DNA of 64,000 nucleotides, taken from the IMG/VR virus record IMGVR_UViG_3300042363_000275, positions 10,862-74,861 of that record; one strand, 5' to 3'. Below the pieces are notes generated by a model that was not told the DNA's origin, did not search any database, and saw only the letters and a program-made list of their open reading frames with translations. Within the stretch, counting starts at the first letter, position 1. Each line of letters begins with the position of its first letter. This document shows positions 24,891 through 34,011 of this stretch, in pieces. The position numbers were made by a program, and so were the translations under genes. Source of the stretch: a virus. Its lineage: Duplodnaviria > Caudoviricetes.

Positions 24891-24978
24891 CGACTTTTTC
24901 CTCTTTATCTTTACCCGCAGAAAGTTCGAACTCAAGGGTTAGAATTTTTGCTATTTCGAATTTTATTTTGCATTTCAT
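24844..24978 (-). CDS. possible overlapping mini-ORF (44 aa)
   Basis: Hand translation: MKCKIKFEIAKILTLEFELSAGKDKEEKVDEKKDSPDPAVAPSK*. GAGGA lies upstream. Confidence 0.35.
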   Translation of the reverse strand: MKCKIKFEIAKILTLEFELSAGKDKEEKVDEKKDSPDPAVAPSK

Positions 24979-25225
24979 TTTGTCTGTGATCCTCATGCAG
25001 CTGTAAAACCACACTCACTTTCTGTTGTAAACGAATCATGTCGTTATCAAGCATGCGAATACGATCGATTAGAGCCACTAAAATCATATTAGTTTCCCCA
25101 ATCAATGGCATCAATTTAGTTGTAACGAATTGATAGATGAAGTAAACAAAATAACCCATGCCGACTGAAGATACAATCGGAAAGCCATATTGTTTGATCA
25201 AATCAGTAATTGCTTGCGGATCCAT
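24932..25225 (-). CDS. membrane protein (xGFPI + coiled coil), paralog B
   Basis: YGFPI TM helix followed by RIRMLDNDMIRL. Confidence 0.7.
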   Translation of the reverse strand: MDPQAITDLIKQYGFPIVSSVGMGYFVYFIYQFVTTKLMPLIGETNMILVALIDRIRMLDNDMIRLQQKVSVVLQLHEDHRQNEMQNKIRNSKNSNP

Positions 25226-25437
25226 TATTCGTCTCTCACAAGAGTTATTTTACCGAAGTCGTCAATATGAACCGTGAACTTGTCGCCTCTTTTAACGTCT
25301 AATTGCATAGGCATTAATTTATCATCAAATTCTATGTTTTTGCCATTTACAGTGAACTCATAGTCCATAAATGTAATTTTATGAAATGGTTTCCAAGATG
25401 TAAATGGAACGAATTCGTTAGTCTTTTCTTGCATCAT
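25225..25437 (-). CDS. small hypothetical protein
   Basis: Start trimmed to MMQEK. Confidence 0.5.
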   Translation of the reverse strand: MMQEKTNEFVPFTSWKPFHKITFMDYEFTVNGKNIEFDDKLMPMQLDVKRGDKFTVHIDDFGKITLVRDE

Positions 25438-25705
25438 TTTTACCATCCGCTCTAGCGATACGATCCAAGTCAGGGCGCAGCCCCAACGCCGCACTCACCA
25501 CAGAGTCAACGCGAATGATGTCATGATTCATTGTTTTTACGCGATTGTCAAGACCTTGAATAATAACTTGCATGCCCTTGATCGCTTTAACCACCGATTC
25601 AAGGATGTAGTTTATTACAAAGTAGACAAAAATGCCAGCCACGAGAGCTGCAGCAATAGGAAAGCCGACGTCGGCTATAATACCAAAGATAACATCGTAG
25701 TTCAT
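25418..25705 (-). CDS. membrane protein (xGFPI + coiled coil), paralog A
   Basis: VGFPI TM helix followed by RVKTMNHDIIRV. Confidence 0.7.
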   Translation of the reverse strand: MNYDVIFGIIADVGFPIAAALVAGIFVYFVINYILESVVKAIKGMQVIIQGLDNRVKTMNHDIIRVDSVVSAALGLRPDLDRIARADGKNDARKD

Positions 25706-25766
25706 TATGACCCCATTTAGCCTTTTCAGGTGTGAGTGATTACCACAACCACATAACGGTCATAAT
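25703..25766 (-). promoter_or_regulatory. structured 5' leader sequestering the start codon
   Basis: 9-bp stem ATTATGACC/GGTCATAAT encloses two hairpins, one with a GAAA tetraloop. Confidence 0.55.
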
Positions 25767-25810
25767 AAGTCAATCAGCAAGGGGAATGATTTAGAGAATA
25801 ATATGCTCTA

Positions 25811-25817
25811 TATTTAG
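25811..25817 (-). promoter_or_regulatory. T4-like late promoter core CTAAATA
   Basis: It overlaps the upstream stop and heads the curli/cyclase/lysis gene run. Confidence 0.6.
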
Positions 25818-27091
25818 TAAACTTCGCGCCAAGTTACAGTGCACCAAACATCTACTGGGCTTGTAATTGCTTGTACTACAACTACGAATATTTCGCTATT
25901 TGAGGAATCGTAATTTTGAGCGATAAAATTCTTTTTTGCTGAAGTTGGCTGCGTTGTACTGGACAAACCGATTCCCTTCGAGCTGCCTCCAGGAGAACTC
26001 GTACCCACAAACCCACCAGAAATGGCTTCACCGCCAACTATTGCAGTCCCAGTAATGTTATACTCTACTGCCGAATTAGCATGAACTGAATTCCAAGTAG
26101 AATTTGCTAATGTAAGATCTGCAACACTATCCAGTTTTCTCAATTCCCAAACACCAGGATTTTGTTCTGCGTAAAGATTAATATCACCAATACGAACAGT
26201 TGCGCGATTTTGATACCCACGGAATGAGTTCTTCAATCGAATAGCCATAATCGGTCGAGTATTACCCACTCCAGTTATTGTAATCTTCGTATTGCCTGTT
26301 GCAACGTGCCAGTCTTGACCTGCTTCGACATATCCACCCTCGGAAATTACAGTCGAGCAAATTTGATCAAAAAACCCACCAGTCGTTGCGCCTGTATTGA
26401 ATATTTCGCATCGAACAGGTAAGTTTGGATTGCTCATATAAACAGTAGGTAAAACATTGCTATTGTGAAATTCATGAGCAACAACTAACTGTCCATCATG
26501 CACAAATCCACAACGCACGCGACCAACACCCAACCATTGAAAATCTGTAAAGAAAATTTGAGTTTTGGTGATATCTAAATTAAACGAACCATTTCCGCTA
26601 GGACCAGAAATACTCGTATTGCAAGTATTCTTGTTCCATTGACTCTGATATACTCGACGATCATCGCTAGGTGTGCCGCTGGTATCTGTTCGAATGGTAA
26701 AACTTAATGCACCATTTGCAGATTGTTCTAGATAAATGCCATTGTTTGAATCAAAGTATCCAGTTCGTTTTACCACATTAATCGCATTCGCATAGAAATT
26801 AAATGTTGATTTAATCAGCTGGCTTTTTCCAGGCTGATACTGGTGATACATCTTAGTTTGATGGATTACACTACTAGCTGGATTATTTGATGTTGTTAAT
26901 CTAGCAGCGGCTTGTTGATTTTGAAAGGTAACAGTGCCACCATTAGTAATGGTATCGCGAAAGTTTGGATCCAAACCATAAACATGTTTGTAATCATTGA
27001 GCGTAAATGCATCAGAAATACGAAGTCTTCCAAACGCATCAAGGTTTCCACTGTCATCATATCTAATTGCGTCATCTAATAGGTAAGTCAT
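25814..27091 (-). CDS. putative virion structural protein
   Basis: Start trimmed to MTYLLDD. Beta-rich. DAFGRLRIS and QWLGVGRVRCGF motifs recur in phage structural proteins. Confidence 0.6.
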   Translation of the reverse strand: MTYLLDDAIRYDDSGNLDAFGRLRISDAFTLNDYKHVYGLDPNFRDTITNGGTVTFQNQQAAARLTTSNNPASSVIHQTKMYHQYQPGKSQLIKSTFNFYANAINVVKRTGYFDSNNGIYLEQSANGALSFTIRTDTSGTPSDDRRVYQSQWNKNTCNTSISGPSGNGSFNLDITKTQIFFTDFQWLGVGRVRCGFVHDGQLVVAHEFHNSNVLPTVYMSNPNLPVRCEIFNTGATTGGFFDQICSTVISEGGYVEAGQDWHVATGNTKITITGVGNTRPIMAIRLKNSFRGYQNRATVRIGDINLYAEQNPGVWELRKLDSVADLTLANSTWNSVHANSAVEYNITGTAIVGGEAISGGFVGTSSPGGSSKGIGLSSTTQPTSAKKNFIAQNYDSSNSEIFVVVVQAITSPVDVWCTVTWREVY

Positions 27092-27816
27092 TATACGATT
27101 CTCCAACCGTTACGGTAGATTAATTGAACACCACCGTTGTTAATTCTTATTTCTGCGCCACCTGGATCGTTATCAACATTGCCGTCAATTTTAATTGGAT
27201 ATAACTGAGCGTTTCCAGATTCATCTTTAATTATAACCATTCTGCCAGAAACTGGTGTTGATGGTAAAGTGATAGTTGTATATGATGCATTATTAACGCC
27301 GATATAATAATCACTGTTTGCAACAACATAAGTATTTGAGTTTACTATAGTTGTATTATGAACAATCTCAGAGGGATTGATGTCGTCTAGGACGAACCAT
27401 CCATTTGAAAACTTCATAAACTTGCCTTCGCCAACAGTATTGCGGTCGAAGTCATCAGCGTCAAATACACGAACTATACCAGTGCCGCCACCACCCCATG
27501 AAAGCGTAGAAATTTTTTGCATCATCTCAGCGATGGTGCGACGCATACCTTCTATTTCTTTATCTTTAAAATAATTAGTATTTGCGTTTGCAGTTGCCAG
27601 CACATTTGAAACTTGCTGCACTAAATCGTTTGTATTTGGAACGAGATCTGTTTTTGCTGCAACGACAGGTGCGATTTCTTTCAGGGTTATCTGCTCATTG
27701 AGATAACCAGACTCCCCGTTCCTTTTTTTCTTTATTGTTTCTAAAACAAACTTATCATCAACATTAGACTTTTTCTTCGAGAGAAGTTTTTTTAGGATTT
27801 CGTCTTTTTCGTTCAT
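27091..27816 (-). CDS. hypothetical protein with tail-fibre-like C-terminal domain
   Basis: C-terminal DYYIGVN...TITLP..P.SGR.VIIKDESG. Confidence 0.6.
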   Translation of the reverse strand: MNEKDEILKKLLSKKKSNVDDKFVLETIKKKRNGESGYLNEQITLKEIAPVVAAKTDLVPNTNDLVQQVSNVLATANANTNYFKDKEIEGMRRTIAEMMQKISTLSWGGGGTGIVRVFDADDFDRNTVGEGKFMKFSNGWFVLDDINPSEIVHNTTIVNSNTYVVANSDYYIGVNNASYTTITLPSTPVSGRMVIIKDESGNAQLYPIKIDGNVDNDPGGAEIRINNGGVQLIYRNGWRIV

Positions 27817-27820
27817 GACT

Positions 27821-27827
27821 TATTTAT
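27821..27827 (-). promoter_or_regulatory. late promoter core ATAAATA
   Basis: It lies 4 nt upstream of an ATG that has no SD. Confidence 0.5.
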
Positions 27828-27830
27828 CGC

Positions 27831-30800
27831 TTAAAACAGCAAGAACATATTACTGAAATTTTCACCAACAACAGCGATTGGATAATACACGATAATTATA
27901 CCACCAGATTGTCCAGCAGTTCCTGGATTTGCGAAATCGCTATCAGTAGCACCAGAACCACCAGCACCACCACCAATATTCAATTCATCTCTGACGCCTG
28001 GACCAACTGCACCGCCACCACCGCCGCCACCAGCACCACCGATGCTACCTAAAATATCATAACTAGCTCTGCCTCGTTCTCTGCCACCAGATATTCCACC
28101 GAATGTTGTTCCCAAACCACCTATTCCGCCAGCGCGAGTTCCAGCAAAATTATTTCCACCTGTGCCTGGAGTCACTGTAGATGCGTTTGTGCCGTTGGTT
28201 CCTCCACTTGAACCACCGCCGCCAGCACCAGCGCATGTGCTTGGAGCGCCACCAATAGTACCTGTGCCGCCATTTGCGCCAGCACCATTTGGTCCGCCTG
28301 ATCCACCGCCACCACCACCAGAGGAATTGTTAGTTGCAGATGCAGCACCTCCACCCAAGCCACCAATGCCTCCATTGGCTGTAGCACCTGTGCCGCCTGT
28401 TCCTGCTGTAGTGGTTGAAGCTGTTATTGATGACCCACCACCACCATTAGCAGTGTAAATGCTTGCAAAGGTTGTATTGCCACCAGCACCTCCACTGCTG
28501 CTAAGATTATTAGCTGAACCCGCTGCTCCACCTGAACCTATACTATAGGACAGTGAACTTCCAGGAGTTGATGTTAAGTTTAGAACTTGTGTGTATCCAC
28601 CACCACCGCCGCCAGCAGAACCTAATCTATTTCCAGAAGAATTAGGAACATAAGAACCAGAAGAACCACCACCAGCACCGTAAATGTGTATAGCATTATT
28701 TGAATTATTCCAATCAGCGGGAACTGTGAATGAAGTTCCACTGGTAATGTAATATACAACAGGAGCACTGTTACTATATTCTTGGAACACAGCACCCAAT
28801 GTATCGCCATTGTTTATAGAATTAGCCAGATATAATCGCCATGGCGTAGTTCCATCACCTGAGAATGTATTGGCAGTATTGGTGATGAAAACAATGCTGT
28901 TGGTTTGAACATAACTTGCAGTTTGAATGCTAGAATTAGATATAATAACATTTGCTCTAAATGGTGCAGCAGTTGCAGTTGTTGGACCTAAATCTAATAC
29001 TTTGTTACTTGCGCTACCACCAACTATACCCGCAAAAGTAACAGTATTGCCAGTTGGAAGAATTATGCTGGCATTAGCCGTTGTATTTGCATAACTCGAT
29101 TTGATGCGGTTGAAGGTGTTAAGTCCAGTGATTGTTAAAGCACCAGCACCACCTTGATCAATATCACAATTATAGATCGCGTTGTTACCAACGAATGTTT
29201 TGGCTGTCGCAGCGGTCAATGATATGGTACCTGTACCTGTTCCTGCTGTCGTTGTAAATCCAGCAGGAACGGCATTATTGAATGTTGTTGCTGATGCTGT
29301 AGGACAAACAAGTGTTCCGCCATTAAATGTTAAGTTCTTAGTTCCAGCAGCAGTCGTATAAGATGTACCAACTGTCAGCGTGTAACCATTAAGGTCGATT
29401 GTTCCATTAGTGTGTGTAAATGCTCGTGTTGAGCCTATGGTGAAATTGCTGAGTAATTGGAAGGTTCCGTCAGCACCGTCAACAATCACTGGGAAATCTA
29501 GTGTTCTGCCACCAGTAGATAATGTTTTTGAACCAGAGCCAACAAAACTTGTAACGCTGGTACCTGCTGACAATGAACCGCCAGTGGATGGTATTGTAAA
29601 ATTACCGTAGATAAATCTGGTGCTATTACCAAATGTTCCAAGAAACCCAGTTAAATCAAAATTATTATACGAGCCAATTAATGCATGTGCATCTGTTGCT
29701 ATTGCTAACGCTATGCCCGCAGGAATGACAGTAGATACATCAGTACCAGTTCCACCAACTCCAGAAACAATAGCGCTGTTAAAAGCACCACCAGCACCGC
29801 CAGTAGAAGTAAGTGTTGTGCCATCAAATGTTACTGTTGTGTTTCCACCTGCTGAGCCATTATTAGCTCCCGAACCACCAGCGCCACCCGTTCCAATACT
29901 ATAAGTGATAGTTCCAGTGTTGGCGCTAGACATTAATGAAATGCCGCCAGCCCCACCACCACCACCTGCAGTAGCATCTGTTGTTGCACCAGCACCACCA
30001 CCACCTGCACCAATAGCCCAAATTTTAATAAAGGTGGTGTTTGCAGGGATGCTATAACTTGTGCCAGATGTTAAGACATTATATGTTGGCGTTCCACTTA
30101 CAGTCATTTGCAATACGATTGCACCATCACCACCAGTTCCACCTGTTCTTGCAGTACCATTAAATCCTGCTGCGCCACCACCACCACCACCTAAGAAGCC
30201 ATTACCGCCATTACCGCCATAGTAACCAGCACCACCACCACCTGCACCAAAGCCAGTGGCGTTACCACCATTGATTGCATTAGCAGGACTAGTGGCTGTT
30301 CCACCAGCAGTGCCTGCACCACTACCGATTGTATATCCAGCGGCAGTTACTGCCGTAAACAACGAATTACCGCTAGCAGTATTCGCAGCACCGCCTGTGT
30401 ATCCACCATTCACATCAACAGTTGTACCAACACCGCCGCCAATACCACCACCACCGCCACCACCATCATCGCTAGATTCAGCGTTACCATTGCCACCAGT
30501 AGTGGTAATTATTTCGAGTGTTGTGACGCTAAAAATATTATTTGAATTCGCTCCCGCAGTTCCACCAATGTTAAATGTTCTTGTGCCAGTAGCACCATTG
30601 TATGCGCTAACAATTCTAGGTGTACCAGTGTAACTAAAATTTGTCATAGTAGTAAGATCTACTATTGTAGCATTGTTTCCTACTAAAGTAATTCGACCAG
30701 TAGTGCCAAATGCAACAGATCTTACACCAGTGCCACTACTACTGAATGTTGCAGCAGATAGCGTAAGATTGTTTAGGTTCAGAGCACCCGCTGTAAGTGT

Positions 30801-33785
30801 GAATGTTCTAGTAGAACCTAGCGTCAAATTATTTAAAAAGTTAAGTGTGCCACCAACACTGTTGCAGGTAATTGGAAAATCTATGGTACGCTGAATGTTT
30901 ATGTCAACTGATATACCAGCTGTAATGCTTGTGACTAAAGCGCCAGCAGTAAAAGTTCCGCCAGATGCAGGTATGGTTAAATTTCCATAAAGTGATCTTG
31001 TAGAATTATCTATTGTGCTAGTATTGTTTGTAAAATCAGCATTATAATATACACCAGATAATGTAACAGTATCCGTAGCAGGGGTAATTACAAGTCCAGT
31101 GCCGCTGCTACCAAAACTTAAATCAAACACATTTGTAGATGTCGCGCCAGCTGTACCGCCAATATCAAATGTTCTTGTACCAGTTGCACCGTTATATGTA
31201 CAGTAAATTCTAGGCGTACCAGTATAAGTAAAATTGGTTATATTAGTCATACTTACAGTAGATGCACTGTTACCAACCAGTGTAATTTGACCTGTGGTGC
31301 CAAATGCTATTACTCTAGTAGTGGTAGCACTAGAATCTAAAAATCCAGCAGTAAGCGTAAAATTATTTAAATTAAGTGTACCATTTTCTAATGTTACTGT
31401 TCTTGCTGAACCTAGTGTTAGTGCACCTGCTAGCACAAATGTTCCACCAACACCATCAAATGTCATCGGGAAATCAAGTGTTCTGCCGTTAGTTGTAATC
31501 GTTGCAGTGCCAGTATCACTAAATGTTGTAACACTAGTGCCTGCTGAGTATGTTCCACCAGAAGCAGGTATAGTTAAATCGCCAAAAATAGATCTTCTTG
31601 TACTACTTAATGTTCCTGTAAATCCAGTGAAGTCTATGCTATTGAAGCCACCTGTAAGTGCTATTGTATCAGTTGCAGGCGTGATCACAAGTCCAGTGCC
31701 GCTGCTACCGAAACTCACATCAAATATATTTGTGGATGTAGCGCCAGCTGTACTGCCGAAAGTAAATGTTCTAGTGCCAGTAGCGCCGTTATATGTACTG
31801 TAAATTCTAGGAGTGCCAGTATATGTGAAACTGGTCATACTCGTCATGAGTACAATATTTGTACCGTTACCAACCAGTGTAATTTGACCTGTGGTGCCAA
31901 ATGCTATTACTCTAGCAACGCTACCAGAAGAACTTAAAGTTGCAGCAGTAAGTGTAAAATCATTTAAATTAAGTGTACCATTGTCTAATGTTGCTGTTCT
32001 TGTTGAACCTAGTGTTAATGCACCTGCTAGCACAAATGTGCCGCCTACACCAGCAAAAGTAATAGGAAAATCAAGTGTTCTGCCATTCGTAGTAATAGTT
32101 TCAGTGCCAGTACCAGCAAAAGTGGTAATATTTGTACCTGCCGTAAACGTGCCGCCACTGGCAGGCACAGTTAAATCACCAAAAATAGTTCTTGTTGTAT
32201 TACTTAATGTTCCTGTAAATCCAGTCAAATTAACTGTATTAAAACTACCAGTTAATGCAACAATATCAGTTGCACTTGGACTCAATACAATGCCAGTAGT
32301 TCCACTAGTAGCAACATTATATCCTGCCGCTTGCGCTTCTGTAAAGCCTGTTACAATGGTGCGTGTGCCAACACTACCAGTATATGTAGAATTAATATAA
32401 ACAGTACCAGATGTTGTAAAATTGGTTGCTGTAGTAACATTAAAGATTGTTACACCATTGCCAGTCAACGCCAGCTGACCAGTGCCAAAGTTTAATGTTC
32501 TGGAACTAGAACCACTGCTACCGAATAATGTAGTGGTTAATGTGAATGTACTTAATGCTAAAGTGCCTGCTGTAAATGTATAACCACTTGCTGAACTTGT
32601 AGTAATATTAAATGGTAATGTAAACGATCCACTAGTATGTGTAAATGGTAATGTTGTTGTAAAACTACCTGTACCTGTGTTTAATAGTGTTGGTGTGCCT
32701 GTTGATATTGTAATACCAGCAGCAGAAATAGTTTTGCTGTTTATATCAAACGAACCATTGCTTAATGTCAGTTGCCTAGTTGCACCTAGTGTTAGGTTGT
32801 TTGCTAATGTCCAGGTAGCAGTGCTAGTTGCGCTGCCAAATGTCCATGGAAAATCATAAGTGAAGCCAGCAATATTATTAATCGTAAAACTGCCACTTGT
32901 AGCAGCAAATGTCCATGCATTTGCACCAGCTGTAAATGTAGTAGTTCCGTTTGTGGTTAAGTGAGTAAATGCTCCATAAATTATCAAGTTAATATTACTT
33001 ACTGTTTGCACACCATTTACGATTAAATTTCTTACAACATTACTTGCTGAAAATGCATAGGTTGTACCTGTCACAGTATTCAATAAACTAAAACTTATTG
33101 AGTTTGCTTCTGACGGTGCGCCTGTATTAATAGTTTTGGTAACTCCTGTGCCAGTGGTTACACATTCTACTAGTGGAGTTCCGCTTATTGTAAGGTTAGT
33201 TGTTGTTCCAGTAGTCCAAATTGTGCTTGTTGTTGCACTAGTTAATACAATTTTACCTGTACCAAAATTCAATACTCTTGTATTGCTATTGCTTGAGTTG
33301 AATAATCCTGTCGTTAATGTATGACTACCTAATGCCAGTGTACCTGATGTAACTGTAAAAGTGCTTGTGCTACTTAATGTTAGATTATCTTGTAATGTTT
33401 TTGTTCCACCTGCTCCACTTACTGTCATACTGCAATTAAAAGTTGTGCCGCCGCTTGTAATTGTTTTTGATGTAGTCGCTGATAATGTTATGGTGCCAGT
33501 ACTATTCCATGTAGTTGTACCTGCTGTAATTGCTACATTACCTGCTACTGTTAATGTTGGGGTAGTACCAGTAGCAAATGTTACTGTACCTGTGCTAACT
33601 GTTATATCTAAACAGGCTAATGCGCCTGTCATGGTTACAGTATATGTGCCTGCCTGGTCAAAGAAAACACTATCTGCTACTGTCGGCACGCTGGCACCAC
33701 TGGGACCGCCGCTGCTGGCGCTCCAGTTAGTTGTGCTTGTTGTATTCCATGTGCCTGTGCCACCAACCCAATATCTATCTGCCAT
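27831..33785 (-). CDS. giant Thr/Gly-rich fibre or adhesin-like virion protein
   Basis: 1984 aa, with about 198-aa tandem beta-rich repeats and two glycine-rich domains. Confidence 0.75.
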   Translation of the reverse strand: MADRYWVGGTGTWNTTSTTNWSASSGGPSGASVPTVADSVFFDQAGTYTVTMTGALACLDITVSTGTVTFATGTTPTLTVAGNVAITAGTTTWNSTGTITLSATTSKTITSGGTTFNCSMTVSGAGGTKTLQDNLTLSSTSTFTVTSGTLALGSHTLTTGLFNSSNSNTRVLNFGTGKIVLTSATTSTIWTTGTTTNLTISGTPLVECVTTGTGVTKTINTGAPSEANSISFSLLNTVTGTTYAFSASNVVRNLIVNGVQTVSNINLIIYGAFTHLTTNGTTTFTAGANAWTFAATSGSFTINNIAGFTYDFPWTFGSATSTATWTLANNLTLGATRQLTLSNGSFDINSKTISAAGITISTGTPTLLNTGTGSFTTTLPFTHTSGSFTLPFNITTSSASGYTFTAGTLALSTFTLTTTLFGSSGSSSRTLNFGTGQLALTGNGVTIFNVTTATNFTTSGTVYINSTYTGSVGTRTIVTGFTEAQAAGYNVATSGTTGIVLSPSATDIVALTGSFNTVNLTGFTGTLSNTTRTIFGDLTVPASGGTFTAGTNITTFAGTGTETITTNGRTLDFPITFAGVGGTFVLAGALTLGSTRTATLDNGTLNLNDFTLTAATLSSSGSVARVIAFGTTGQITLVGNGTNIVLMTSMTSFTYTGTPRIYSTYNGATGTRTFTFGSTAGATSTNIFDVSFGSSGTGLVITPATDTIALTGGFNSIDFTGFTGTLSSTRRSIFGDLTIPASGGTYSAGTSVTTFSDTGTATITTNGRTLDFPMTFDGVGGTFVLAGALTLGSARTVTLENGTLNLNNFTLTAGFLDSSATTTRVIAFGTTGQITLVGNSASTVSMTNITNFTYTGTPRIYCTYNGATGTRTFDIGGTAGATSTNVFDLSFGSSGTGLVITPATDTVTLSGVYYNADFTNNTSTIDNSTRSLYGNLTIPASGGTFTAGALVTSITAGISVDINIQRTIDFPITCNSVGGTLNFLNNLTLGSTRTFTLTAGALNLNNLTLSAATFSSSGTGVRSVAFGTTGRITLVGNNATIVDLTTMTNFSYTGTPRIVSAYNGATGTRTFNIGGTAGANSNNIFSVTTLEIITTTGGNGNAESSDDGGGGGGGIGGGVGTTVDVNGGYTGGAANTASGNSLFTAVTAAGYTIGSGAGTAGGTATSPANAINGGNATGFGAGGGGAGYYGGNGGNGFLGGGGGGAAGFNGTARTGGTGGDGAIVLQMTVSGTPTYNVLTSGTSYSIPANTTFIKIWAIGAGGGGAGATTDATAGGGGGAGGISLMSSANTGTITYSIGTGGAGGSGANNGSAGGNTTVTFDGTTLTSTGGAGGAFNSAIVSGVGGTGTDVSTVIPAGIALAIATDAHALIGSYNNFDLTGFLGTFGNSTRFIYGNFTIPSTGGSLSAGTSVTSFVGSGSKTLSTGGRTLDFPVIVDGADGTFQLLSNFTIGSTRAFTHTNGTIDLNGYTLTVGTSYTTAAGTKNLTFNGGTLVCPTASATTFNNAVPAGFTTTAGTGTGTISLTAATAKTFVGNNAIYNCDIDQGGAGALTITGLNTFNRIKSSYANTTANASIILPTGNTVTFAGIVGGSASNKVLDLGPTTATAAPFRANVIISNSSIQTASYVQTNSIVFITNTANTFSGDGTTPWRLYLANSINNGDTLGAVFQEYSNSAPVVYYITSGTSFTVPADWNNSNNAIHIYGAGGGSSGSYVPNSSGNRLGSAGGGGGGYTQVLNLTSTPGSSLSYSIGSGGAAGSANNLSSSGGAGGNTTFASIYTANGGGGSSITASTTTAGTGGTGATANGGIGGLGGGAASATNNSSGGGGGGSGGPNGAGANGGTGTIGGAPSTCAGAGGGGSSGGTNGTNASTVTPGTGGNNFAGTRAGGIGGLGTTFGGISGGRERGRASYDILGSIGGAGGGGGGGAVGPGVRDELNIGGGAGGSGATDSDFANPGTAGQSGGIIIVYYPIAVVGENFSNMFLLF
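29400..32500 (-). repeat. about 590-bp tandem intragenic repeats
   Basis: A 50-bp exact duplicate at 31269-31318 and 31866-31915 gives a period of 597 bp. Diverged copies lie near 30675 and 32460. Boundaries are approximate. Confidence 0.85.
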
Positions 33786-33788
33786 AAT

Positions 33789-33995
33789 TTATTGACCTTC
33801 TAGTGGGGCTTCAGTAGGCGATTCATCGATTGGTGTTGTTTCTAGTTGAGCGTTGTCGATGTACGACACCCAAGCATCTCTACGAGCTTCTTTCATAGCC
33901 TCAATTTCAACATCAGTGTATAATTGGTCGTCTGGTAAATCTAATGAGTCGCTGAATTTACCATACTTTGTGTCATATTCAAAATTAATCTTCAT
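33789..33995 (-). CDS. small acidic hypothetical protein
   Basis: ORF track, between two fibre genes. Confidence 0.6.
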   Translation of the reverse strand: MKINFEYDTKYGKFSDSLDLPDDQLYTDVEIEAMKEARRDAWVSYIDNAQLETTPIDESPTEAPLEGQ

Positions 33996-34011
33996 ATGAT
34001 ACTTCCTTCAA

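Noticed and set aside
31269-31915. 50-bp exact duplicate as a DGR template/variable repeat pair
   Set aside because: There are no adenine-specific mismatches and no reverse transcriptase in the window. It is part of an in-frame tandem domain duplication.
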